Source: an uncultured bacterium
GTDB lineage: Bacteria > Zixibacteria > MSB-5A5 > UBA10806
NCBI GenBank assembly: GCA_965541585.1
Contig: CBEUCH010000001.1
Location: 96,001 to 160,000 of the forward strand
Length of the DNA: 64,000 nucleotides
Direction: 5' to 3'
In this document: positions 1 to 8,348 of the stretch, in pieces
Numbering within the stretch: the stretch's first letter is position 1
How the letters are laid out: each line of letters opens with the position of its first letter
Program-made: the position numbers and the translations under genes
The notes under the pieces: model-generated
The model's input: only the letters and a program-made list of their open reading frames with translations
What the model was told of the DNA's origin: nothing
Databases searched by the model: none

Positions 1-1
1 C

Positions 2-1642
2 GATCTGAGTTTCAGCGGTTATCCGCACGAGTTCAAGTTGAGGAATGATACCATGTTTGTGGCCGCTTATCAGGGGGGTGTCGTATTGCTCGATATTTCG
101 GACAGGTCGCAGCCCGAGTTGATAGAGCAATATTTTATGCCGGACTATGTTTATGGGCTCGAACTCGATGGTTCCCTTATATATGTCTGTGCGCACAGGG
201 CGGGGCTCTATGTGCTGGACATAAGATGGAACGGGAGACCGCCGGTAATAGGGCATAATTCGGAATTCGGATCGGCCAGAGAGGCGGTGCTGATCGATGG
301 TGATCTGATTGTTCTTGACGGATACGGCGCCCTGAAATCGCTCGACGTATCACGCCCGTCGCTGCCGGAACTTATCTGGTCCACTCCACTGGATTTCAAT
401 AGCCTGGGATTTGGCAAATTCGATGACATGGTCTTTGTTGCCAACTGGATATACGGTGTAAAGCTTTTGAAACTACAGGGTAAAAACCGGGCGGAGATCG
501 TCAATAGTGAAGTTAATTACTCTGTTTGCAAATCGCTGTCGCTTGCCAACGATCGAATTTTCGCGGCAGCGGGTGTTGGTGGCCTGAAAGTCTTCGATCA
601 TGATCTAAAACCTTCTGAAACTCCCGGCCTCGCTGTAGACGGCGATTGCCTGGAGATCAGAATTTCGGGGAATCTCGGATTTCTTTCGAGCAATGAGAAC
701 GGATTAAACATTGTCGATCTCTCCGACCCCGGGAGCATCAAAACACTATCGAATTTTAAATCCGACGGATGGGTGAAATCATCGTCTTATGCCGGGGAGC
801 ACGCCTTTCTAGCTAACTGGCAGGGGATCATAGCTGTGGATCTGGCCGATATCAATTTTCCGGTAGAGGATGGATTCTTAGACACCGATTTCGGTTCCAC
901 GGAAATAGAATATCGAAACGATACCGTCTTCGTGGCCAGTTCCAGCGGCCTGGAGCTTTATGATGTATCGGATCCTGAAGATATCAGTTTTCTGAGCCGA
1001 TTTGCATCGGAATATCCATCGCTCGGTATAAATCTCACTGAAGAGATAGCGATCCTATCCTCCGGCCTCGGCGGAGTCTATTTATTAAGCCTCTCGGGCG
1101 GTCTGGATCTTATTTCTCGTATTCAGACCGGTGGCAAAGCGTATGACGCATTATTGAAAGACGACAGAATCTATATAGCGGAGGCCGATTCCGGCATAAC
1201 GGTCTGGGATATCTCCTGGAGGGATCAACCGCGGTATATTTTCAAATTTCAAACCGCCGGTCGGGTGCAGGATCTCGTATTCGTCGGCGATCGTCTTTAT
1301 GCCGCTGACTTTTACGGTGTCAGCGTATTCGATCCTGTTGAGGATTATTATCCCGGTGATCAAAGAATTGCAGGCGATAATGAATCGCCTGAAATTATGC
1401 TGTTTCCAAACCCGGTGAGGGAGGGAACGACCATCAGATTGGAGATGGAGACTCCCGCCATGGTCTCCGTGAATCTCTACGATATACTGGGCAGAAGAGT
1501 GAAGAAAATTTACTCCGGACTCATGCAAAACGGGCAGAGAATAGTAAACTGGAATAACGGTGATCTTCCGACCGGATGCTATTTTGTGCGGATCGACGGG
1601 GAGAATTTTTCCGCCACAAAGCAGATGACGATTATCAAATAA
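2..1642 (+). CDS. LVIVD-repeat beta-propeller protein with C-terminal T9SS-type-A/FlgD-like sorting domain (5' partial)
   Basis: Repeated 'GL.I.D.SDP' LVIVD units; C-terminus 'FPNP...YDILGRRV...G.YFVR...KQMTIIK'. The frame is open back to position 2. Confidence 0.85.
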   Translation, partial: DLSFSGYPHEFKLRNDTMFVAAYQGGVVLLDISDRSQPELIEQYFMPDYVYGLELDGSLIYVCAHRAGLYVLDIRWNGRPPVIGHNSEFGSAREAVLIDGDLIVLDGYGALKSLDVSRPSLPELIWSTPLDFNSLGFGKFDDMVFVANWIYGVKLLKLQGKNRAEIVNSEVNYSVCKSLSLANDRIFAAAGVGGLKVFDHDLKPSETPGLAVDGDCLEIRISGNLGFLSSNENGLNIVDLSDPGSIKTLSNFKSDGWVKSSSYAGEHAFLANWQGIIAVDLADINFPVEDGFLDTDFGSTEIEYRNDTVFVASSSGLELYDVSDPEDISFLSRFASEYPSLGINLTEEIAILSSGLGGVYLLSLSGGLDLISRIQTGGKAYDALLKDDRIYIAEADSGITVWDISWRDQPRYIFKFQTAGRVQDLVFVGDRLYAADFYGVSVFDPVEDYYPGDQRIAGDNESPEIMLFPNPVREGTTIRLEMETPAMVSVNLYDILGRRVKKIYSGLMQNGQRIVNWNNGDLPTGCYFVRIDGENFSATKQMTIIK

Positions 1643-1905
1643 TATTCAGCCTTAATGATAATTCAAGATAATTTCCGTATAGCTACTTCGCCGAAATAAG
1701 CGCCTTCGGTGCCGGCCGGAAATAAGCACTTTCGGATTCTATAAGGCCGGCTCTTATGATTGGGTTCAATTCAATCGTATTTCGCCATCCTGATCATGCC
1801 TGAATTTCCACCAAAGGAATTGAATCGAAAGATCGGCGCTAAATGGCGGATCTGTGAAATTCTTTCATTCTGGAGTATAGTATTATGGATATGATATTGC
1901 AGGCC

Positions 1906-2589
1906 TTAGGAACTTGCCAGGAATCGGTCCCAGCGGACCCTGGACGGGAAATGGAAGAGATTGTAGAAAAATATCTGTATAGCAGGCGTGATGTAAGGGG
2001 ATCTCATTTTGGGAGCGTTGGGATCGGGCGCCCATGAAAAATAGACGAATAAGGCTTTGCCGTGAATTGAGCTCTGGGGAATAAAACCGAAATCTCGGGA
2101 GTCCTCGGCCTGGTCTCTGTTATCGCCGAGGACATAGACATGGGCCGGCGGTGTCTGCTGCGGAGGAGAATAGTCCCTGTTGGAAAAATCGGGGGGCAAA
2201 ATTCGGTAGTCTGAATGCTGAACTGTGATTGACTCCGATAAGGGCTCTCCATCCACATATACCATCTTCCCGACTATTTCCACCGTCTGGCCTTCTATGG
2301 CAATTACCCTCCGTGCAACCGTTTCGCCGGCTCTAAACGGATGATTAAATACCACCATATCTCCGGACTCCGGCGTCCCGAACCTATATGATATCTTTGA
2401 TGCCAGCATATAATCTCCGGAATAGAATCCTCCCAGCATGGCGTCATTATCGACTTTGAAAGGGAAGACAACGAAAACCCGCAGAGCCGAGGCTATCAGA
2501 ATTATCAGGATAACTGCTTTTATAAGCTCTCTTTTCCTGGAGATCCTTTTGGTTTTACGTTTTTTATCGCGTTTTGGTTTATTAAGCAT
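1906..2589 (-). CDS. Signal peptidase I (S26) homolog, apparently catalytically inactive
   Basis: N-terminal TM helix, 'GDMVVF', 'RRVIAIEG' and 'YVLGDNRDQAEDSRDFGF' boxes; the catalytic Ser/Lys positions are substituted. Confidence 0.85.
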   Translation of the reverse strand: MLNKPKRDKKRKTKRISRKRELIKAVILIILIASALRVFVVFPFKVDNDAMLGGFYSGDYMLASKISYRFGTPESGDMVVFNHPFRAGETVARRVIAIEGQTVEIVGKMVYVDGEPLSESITVQHSDYRILPPDFSNRDYSPPQQTPPAHVYVLGDNRDQAEDSRDFGFIPQSSIHGKALFVYFSWAPDPNAPKMRSPYITPAIQIFFYNLFHFPSRVRWDRFLASS

Positions 2590-2715
2590 GCTCCAACCCT
2601 GTTGTTCTTAGAACCTGTAAGAGGTTATCGGCTTTGCTCTCGTAAAATTGAGCAAAACCACGGCCCTGAGTTTGACTCTTCGTAAGCTGGTTGCAGACAA
2701 TGCATATCGAAACAG

Positions 2716-2743
2716 TTGACTTATTACCTGGATAGAATATTAT
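2716..2743 (+). promoter_or_regulatory. Sigma70-type promoter of the HAD gene
   Basis: TTGACT-N16-TATTAT, ending 6 nt before the ATG at 2750. Confidence 0.45.
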
Positions 2744-2749
2744 GTAAAT

Positions 2750-3463
2750 ATGAACATAGGGCTGGGATTTTTCGATGTCGACGGGACCTTGATCCGGAGA
2801 AACAGGCAAGACGGCCTGAGCCTGAAGTCCCGATCCTTTAATTATGCCATTGAAACCGTCTTCGATCTGGAGAATATCGATTATACTGCCATGCTGGGGA
2901 AACGGATCTACGGATTGACCGATAAAAAGGTCTTAAAACTCACTCTCTCGGAATTAGGAATATCCGAAAGACAATATCGGGAGAAGGAAGATAAGCTGTT
3001 TGTCGCGGTCAATGAGTATTTCGAAGAAAACAGATCGAAGAACGATATCCCCGACTATGTCCCGCTTGCGGGCATACATGAATTCTTGAGGCTGTTGAGA
3101 TCAAGAAACATCCGATTGGGAATTATGACCGGTAACATAAAAAAGCATTCTTCCTGGAAACTAACCAATACCGGTTTTGACGGTTTTTTCACCACCGGCG
3201 CCCACGGGGACGACGCAGAAGATAGAGAGGAGATTCTTTCTATCGCCATTGAAAGAAACGGCGATATTCCGGTCTCACGGATCTGCCATTTCGGCGATTC
3301 CCCGCTGGATCTCGAGGCAGCCCGATCGTGCAATGTCAGGGGGGTAGCTGTGAGCGATAAGGGCGGCGGAACGCATACTGCTAAAGAACTGGAAGCTATC
3401 GGCTATGGACTGGTAATTGACACCTGGAGAGATCTGAAGGTTATTGAGGAATATCTCGGTTAA
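2750..3463 (+). CDS. HAD-superfamily hydrolase (phosphoglycolate phosphatase-like)
   Basis: Motif I FDVDGTL, motif II MTGN, motif IV GDSPLD. Confidence 0.9.
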   Translation: MNIGLGFFDVDGTLIRRNRQDGLSLKSRSFNYAIETVFDLENIDYTAMLGKRIYGLTDKKVLKLTLSELGISERQYREKEDKLFVAVNEYFEENRSKNDIPDYVPLAGIHEFLRLLRSRNIRLGIMTGNIKKHSSWKLTNTGFDGFFTTGAHGDDAEDREEILSIAIERNGDIPVSRICHFGDSPLDLEAARSCNVRGVAVSDKGGGTHTAKELEAIGYGLVIDTWRDLKVIEEYLG

Positions 3464-4108
3464 TTAATCTGCCAGAATCCCCACACAAATCATATACAGG
3501 ATTTCGCGGTCTTTCCGAAGCCCGAGGATTGTCTCCAGCCTCTTATGATAAAACGCACCGACAGGCACACTCCCCAGCCCCCGGGCGGCTGCCATAAGAA
3601 GGATATTCTGAGCGATATGACCGCACTCAAGAAGCGTATAGCTTCGTGATTCACGGCCATATTTGCGCACGATCTTGCCTGGATTATATACTAAGAAGAA
3701 TGTCACATTAGCCAGAGGGATAAATTCCTGTTCGAGAGATGCCCTACATAAATCATTCAGATAATTTCCCTCTTTGACAGTTGTAAGCTGCTCGTTTCGA
3801 CTGTCGTAGAGGTAGATCCCATCCGGGCAGCCATTGACGTTATGCAATACAATATATATTTCCACGGGATAAGTCGCCCCGGCCGAGGGCGCAGTGCGCA
3901 TCTTCATCCGGCCGTCGCTATGAGTATGACCGTATCCCGCCCAGACCAGGTCGTCCAGAACATTCCGGGTAATATGTCCCCCGGTAAACTCTCTTACTGT
4001 CTGACGGTTTTTGAGGGCTGTTTCGAGGGAGCAGTTATTTTTTGATTTCTCTCTCACGTTACCGGATCTCCCGGACCGGGTTTTACAGGGATAAGCCGTT
4101 TGCACCAT
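3464..4108 (-). CDS. SagB/ThcOx-family nitroreductase-like flavoprotein (start uncertain)
   Basis: 'RQTVREF', 'RTAPSAGATYPVEIY', 'ECGHIAQN' and 'GLGSVPVGAF'. Confidence 0.9.
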   Translation of the reverse strand: MVQTAYPCKTRSGRSGNVREKSKNNCSLETALKNRQTVREFTGGHITRNVLDDLVWAGYGHTHSDGRMKMRTAPSAGATYPVEIYIVLHNVNGCPDGIYLYDSRNEQLTTVKEGNYLNDLCRASLEQEFIPLANVTFFLVYNPGKIVRKYGRESRSYTLLECGHIAQNILLMAAARGLGSVPVGAFYHKRLETILGLRKDREILYMICVGILAD

Positions 4109-4225
4109 GATATGATAATTTATGAATTTTTCACAAGGTGTTTTTGCACGGCGATCTTAAATCGAGTTCTCGACGGGCAAAACTAAAGATATTCGGTGAT
4201 CGAAAGGAGGTGATTTTTTGCGATA

Positions 4226-5176
4226 TCAGGGGCTACTGAAGGACGTAGCCACCCTCCATGTAAGACTTTCCGAGATCTGGCGGCCATTGACATAATCGTA
4301 GATCGGGATCGCCAGCTCTAAATCGAAAGATATGCCAGCCGCCGGATTGAGTTCAAATCCGGGCGTAAGATAGATCCAGTTTCCGCCGGAGTCGCGGTAA
4401 GCGCCACCTCCGTACGGATCATTCGGAGATCCGTCATAGGCATCTCTGGCGGAGATTCGGCTCTGAAAACCTATAAATGGGTTGACATGATCTGATAGCA
4501 CCGGAAACAATATATGCCCGATGAACTGAAACTCATTTCCGAATCGATAGCCTCTATCGTTTTTTGTGGGGATACGGTATGCGGCGCTGGCGTAAGCGAT
4601 ACCCCATCCGAATGATTGATTGTAATATCCGCTCATTATGAAATCGAATGCGCCCGTACCGACCTGCTGGCTGGATGACATAATGCCGAAGCTGTCTTCT
4701 TCGATATAGCCGCCCGTGGGAGCTTTCAATCCAAAACCGAGTGCCAATTCCGGTCGGCGGGGCGAGATCGGGGCTGTGAGCTTGAGTTTCACGATCCCTA
4801 ATATGTCCCCGATACCGGCCGTTTTACGGACGACGCGATCATCCAGAAGCGATAGCCTGGTCCACTTGAATGGAATAATAACGGTCGCCGCTAACCGATC
4901 GGAGAACCCATAAGAGGCGGAGGCGATTAGAAGCTGAGTCCTGTTCCAGCGATGGAGGGGATCGTTTATTTCATCGCCCTTAAGAAGCGTTCTATCAAAA
5001 AGTGAATTCTCATAGGCGACCCTGAATTCGTACTGGCCTTTCAGCAGCGTTTTTTGCCCCACGTCGCCGGCAGGGAGCGTTACTCTCCCGCAACACGATT
5101 GTGCCCCGCCTGTTTGCGGGTAGAGGATGACCGCCAGGATCAACCAGATCGAATAGCTAACCGGGAAAATTCTCAC
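4226..5176 (-). CDS. Outer-membrane beta-barrel transporter-like protein (MetA-pathway-of-phenol-degradation-like)
   Basis: Signal peptide, 'GIGDI', 'GLKAPTG', 'QVGTGAFD' and amphipathic strands; mature N-terminus QSCC. Confidence 0.7.
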   Translation of the reverse strand: MRIFPVSYSIWLILAVILYPQTGGAQSCCGRVTLPAGDVGQKTLLKGQYEFRVAYENSLFDRTLLKGDEINDPLHRWNRTQLLIASASYGFSDRLAATVIIPFKWTRLSLLDDRVVRKTAGIGDILGIVKLKLTAPISPRRPELALGFGLKAPTGGYIEEDSFGIMSSSQQVGTGAFDFIMSGYYNQSFGWGIAYASAAYRIPTKNDRGYRFGNEFQFIGHILFPVLSDHVNPFIGFQSRISARDAYDGSPNDPYGGGAYRDSGGNWIYLTPGFELNPAAGISFDLELAIPIYDYVNGRQISESLTWRVATSFSSP

Positions 5177-5868
5177 GGGATCACCGTTATAGTGGTGGAT
5201 CCGGAACCGGTGGCGCGCTCAGGATCTCTAACCACCACCCATACGGAATAGGCGGTTGGACAGCAGGATGGGACGGGCGCTGTCCATGTTACCGCCGTCC
5301 CTTCGCCGCTGAAACTGCCCGCAGCGGCTCCCCATTGGTAGACAAGCAGATCGTCGTCACCGTCGGGATCGAAGGCCCCGACCGTGATCTCCGTTTCGCC
5401 CAATGACGGTAAAATGTCGGGATTGGAACTGATAAAGTTAATCACCGGGGGCCGGTTGTCAGAATAAGCATCGATGACCGACACCTCGATGGTGCTATTT
5501 ACTGCTGCCAGTCTATCATCCTCCACGAAGACCGAGATCAAATATTGACCGATACCATCCGGAGCGGTCCAGGTGGCGGTGGTGCCGTTGCCTGTAATTC
5601 TTCCCCCTGATGCGTGCCAACCGTAGGAAAGCAGATCGCTTTCAGGATCGACGGCGTTAACCACGATGCTTGTGCTTCCACCGATCCCGAGAGTATTCGG
5701 ATCAGCCACAAAAGAAACGATCTCCGGAGGCTGATTCGCTGACAGGTCGTTACTTGGGTCGCTTCCCTTGTCACTCCCGCAACTCCAAATCAGGAGTGAG
5801 AAGCTAACGGCAAAGGCTATTAATATGGCTGGTTTCGGCAAAATTGACCTGATTCTCATCGTTGCCAT
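5173..5868 (-). CDS. Lipoprotein with two Ig/PKD-like repeats
   Basis: Lipobox LIWSC; duplicated 'NxPP.I...A.DP..D.L.Y.W.A..G...G.G....WTAP'. Confidence 0.75.
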   Translation of the reverse strand: MATMRIRSILPKPAILIAFAVSFSLLIWSCGSDKGSDPSNDLSANQPPEIVSFVADPNTLGIGGSTSIVVNAVDPESDLLSYGWHASGGRITGNGTTATWTAPDGIGQYLISVFVEDDRLAAVNSTIEVSVIDAYSDNRPPVINFISSNPDILPSLGETEITVGAFDPDGDDDLLVYQWGAAAGSFSGEGTAVTWTAPVPSCCPTAYSVWVVVRDPERATGSGSTTITVIP

Positions 5869-6108
5869 TTTTCCTTCTTTCAGAGTTTCCCAATCCGGCT
5901 AACTCGGGGAATTCGCCTGAACCTGCTATCCTGGCCAGAGAGTCTCCTGATAATAATTATCGTCATCAGCTGCCCCTTCTCATAAACCGAAATGGTATCC
6001 TGAAGGTTTACGGAAAATGAGAAAAACACCGAAAATCTCCGATTTTTTTACCAAAAATGCATTAATCGCAAAATCAAATAAACGATGCCATGACCAGCAA
6101 GTGGCCAG

Positions 6109-6741
6109 CTATTCATCTTCGCTCGATTCGGCAGCAGGAGTATCGGGCGTTTTTACCAATTCGGCCTGATAACCAATATCTTCCAGATCGGAGATTATGC
6201 CTTGTATTGAACTGTCGGAAGGAGGATAATTCTTCCATTCAACCAGCAATGTCCTCTCTTCATAATTTGCCTCGCTTTTCATGACGTCATCATTTTGGCG
6301 GGCCACACTGTTGACCGCCGCCTCGCAACCTGAGCAGGTCATGCCCTCCACCGCGAATAACATCGAGGTGGCGTCGTCGACCGCTGTCTCGTTGCCCTCC
6401 TTTTCGCCGCCGAAAAGAGCACCGCTGTAATACGGAAAGGCCATCAAAGTCAGGGCGAAGACCGATGCTATCCAGAGGGATGTTTTGTTGATTCTCCCGC
6501 GATTCGGTGTTGCGCAGGAACCGTCTGCGCAAACCTCTTTGGGTTTCCTGTATGCGAAATAGAAGCCTGTCCCCAGGAATATGAAAGTAAAAGCCATGAA
6601 GTAGGGGCGATATTCAGCCAGGGCCGCGGCAAATCCGAGCCCGCCAATGCCTAAGCCCACCAGGATTAATGGTCCGATGCAGCAGGCGGAGGCCAGGGCC
6701 GCAGAGAAGAATGTTCCAATATTCAGCATTCTCGCTTTCAT
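6109..6741 (-). CDS. merT: MerT-family transporter fused to an HMA (MerP-like) domain
   Basis: 'ASACCIGPL', loop 'CADGSCATP', three TM helices and HMA motif 'EGMTCSGC'. Confidence 0.9.
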   Translation of the reverse strand: MKARMLNIGTFFSAALASACCIGPLILVGLGIGGLGFAAALAEYRPYFMAFTFIFLGTGFYFAYRKPKEVCADGSCATPNRGRINKTSLWIASVFALTLMAFPYYSGALFGGEKEGNETAVDDATSMLFAVEGMTCSGCEAAVNSVARQNDDVMKSEANYEERTLLVEWKNYPPSDSSIQGIISDLEDIGYQAELVKTPDTPAAESSEDE

Positions 6742-6742
6742 C

Positions 6743-7006
6743 TTATTTCTCCTTGGCTTGATGATTTATCAGTTGACTCTCAGCTTCTTTAGATTCTGGC
6801 ACACCTCGAAACACCACCTTGTCGTTGAACAGAGTTGCGGGAACAGACAGGATGGAATGTTTTTTTGCCAGCGTGCTTCCTTCCTCGGAAGCAATATCAA
6901 CCTCCCTGTAATCAAAATAAAATCTCTTGGCCATACTCGCCCATAGTTTCCTGGCCCCCGGGCAGATCGGGCACCAGTCGGCTATTATCAAGGTGATCTC
7001 AGTCAT
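6743..7006 (-). CDS. Small thioredoxin/glutaredoxin-like protein
   Basis: WCPIC motif and cis-Pro motif 'ILSVPAT'. Confidence 0.8.
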   Translation of the reverse strand: MTEITLIIADWCPICPGARKLWASMAKRFYFDYREVDIASEEGSTLAKKHSILSVPATLFNDKVVFRGVPESKEAESQLINHQAKEK

Positions 7007-7316
7007 TTTTGGCGTCCTTCAGGGCCTTAACTATCATCTCTCTCTCAGGAACTCCGCCGAATTGTCCGTTATGTTGATAAATCCTGCATTTCATACCGAA
7101 GTCATCTCTTCCCTTTGCCAGGGGGTCGATATCCAGGCCCTGTATCCGGAGAGTGGGAGAGCCGAGAAATTTCTCGACCGCCGCCTGCTGCTCTGATTCT
7201 ACCTTGATAATCTCAATTTTGGATCCGGGGGCGTATTCATCCACGCATTCTTTCAGGATCTCCAGGGCTTTTTCATGAGTGGGGCAGCCATCAAAATAAA
7301 GCAGTTCAATTTTCAT
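6999..7316 (-). CDS. Thioredoxin-fold DUF2703-like protein of the kind seen in mer loci
   Basis: 'IELLYFDGCP', 'FLGSPTLRI.G.D' and 'CRIY...GVP'. Confidence 0.75.
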   Translation of the reverse strand: MKIELLYFDGCPTHEKALEILKECVDEYAPGSKIEIIKVESEQQAAVEKFLGSPTLRIQGLDIDPLAKGRDDFGMKCRIYQHNGQFGGVPEREMIVKALKDAKND

Positions 7317-7726
7317 TTTTCGACCTCCTCGGTCATCAAAGCCTCAATAATCGGACAGCTTTTGATACTCTGTTGCCTATCGCACTGTGTTGCGAGATTC
7401 GAGAGAATGCTATCCAATTTTTGAAGGTTGATTATCTTTTCTCTTATCGCTTCCAATTTCTTCAGCGCTATGTCTTTTACCTCATCGCAATCGGTTATCT
7501 CCCCCCCGCTGAGCTTAAGCAGTTGTTTTATTTCGCTTAAAGAGAAGCCCAGCTTTTGTGCGCGCTTCACGAAACGGATTCGGTTGACTGTTTCCTCGTT
7601 ATATTGCCTATATCCTGACGGCGAGCGATCCGGTTCGGGAAGAATCCCCTGCTTTTCATAATATCTGATTGTCTCGATATTCACTGCAGCCATTTTTGCC
7701 AGATTTCCCCTTTTAAGCGCCTTCAT
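7313..7726 (-). CDS. merR: MerR-family heavy-metal (Hg-type) transcriptional regulator
   Basis: HTH 'ETIRYYEKQGIL...SGYRQY'; three Cys ('DCDEV', 'QC...SCPIIEAL') placed as in Hg-sensing MerR. Confidence 0.9.
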   Translation of the reverse strand: MKALKRGNLAKMAAVNIETIRYYEKQGILPEPDRSPSGYRQYNEETVNRIRFVKRAQKLGFSLSEIKQLLKLSGGEITDCDEVKDIALKKLEAIREKIINLQKLDSILSNLATQCDRQQSIKSCPIIEALMTEEVEK

Positions 7727-7751
7727 CTCATGCCTCCAGTTCTTTTAACTT

Positions 7752-7784
7752 CCTGTAGTATAGTACAGGGTTTCTGAAAATCAA
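7752..7784 (-). promoter_or_regulatory. MerR-type operator dyad overlapping the merR promoter
   Basis: CCTGTA-N6-TACAGG at 7752-7769; the minus strand reads TTGATT-N16-TATACT. Confidence 0.65.
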
Positions 7785-7863
7785 GGATTTTGGTGGAAAT
7801 AGTAGACATTCATTTTGAGGAAATATATCCTTGATTGTAGAAGCTAAGGATTGTCCTTAATAT

Positions 7864-7891
7864 AAAATAGCGGCGTCGGGAGACGCCGCTT
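7864..7891 (-). terminator. Intrinsic terminator after the FmdB operon
   Basis: Minus strand AGCGGCGTC-TCCC-GACGCCGCT followed by ATTTTA. Confidence 0.65.
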
Positions 7892-7925
7892 CATAGATCT
7901 GGTTTCGATCAAACAAATAATGTGT

Positions 7926-7939
7926 CAGCCGACCGGCTA
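7926..7939 (-). other. Candidate bacterial SECIS hairpin
   Basis: Minus strand UAGCC-GGUC-GGCUG; the loop starts with G and lies 16 nt after the UGA. Confidence 0.55.
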
Positions 7940-7944
7940 AAGGC

Positions 7945-8142
7945 TCAGCTTCACGTAAAACCGCCTGATTTCCTGCAGGAACCGGATAGACTTGAGGGAC
8001 TGCTGGCGGTGGCAAAACCGGACATGAGCCGCTCGGATTCTTCAGATCCGCAGTTATCGCAGGTAATTTTGTCGCTATCGGAATAGACTAAAACCTCGAA
8101 TTTCTCACCGCATGTCCTACATTTATGTTCATAAATCGGCAT
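7945..8142 (-). CDS. FmdB-family zinc-ribbon protein, probable selenoprotein (UGA at 7951-7953)
   Basis: 'MPIYEHKCRTCGEKFE...CDNCGS'; GGAGG RBS; ends GFT-UGA-AGC-UGA with a hairpin downstream. Confidence 0.8.
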
Positions 8143-8147
8143 CTGAC

Positions 8148-8348
8148 TTACCTCCATGCAACCAGGAAACCGATGACTGCGAAATACGGTATGGCGACGG
8201 CCTGGTTACATAGAATCAGACACTGAGATCCAGCGGAACCGGCCACCGACGAGGCGATATAGCCGACTGCACTCCCCAGGGCGAACCCCAGGATTAATCT
8301 CCGGAGAAGCTTGGAGCGGCGGGCCTTTTTTCCATTATTTGGCTTCAT
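8148..8348 (-). CDS. Small two-TM membrane protein (DUF6132-like)
   Basis: Two hydrophobic helices separated by a Cys-containing loop; coupled between the DUF302 and FmdB genes. Confidence 0.6.
   Translation of the reverse strand: MKPNNGKKARRSKLLRRLILGFALGSAVGYIASSVAGSAGSQCLILCNQAVAIPYFAVIGFLVAWR

Noticed and set aside
1690..1735. Two near-copies of GAAATAAGCRCYTTCGG
   Set aside because: Only two imperfect copies about 27 bp apart, with no cas genes; not a CRISPR array.
3464..4108. SagB-type dehydrogenase as a sign of a RiPP cluster
   Set aside because: No YcaO protein, precursor peptide or transporter nearby; stand-alone members are common.
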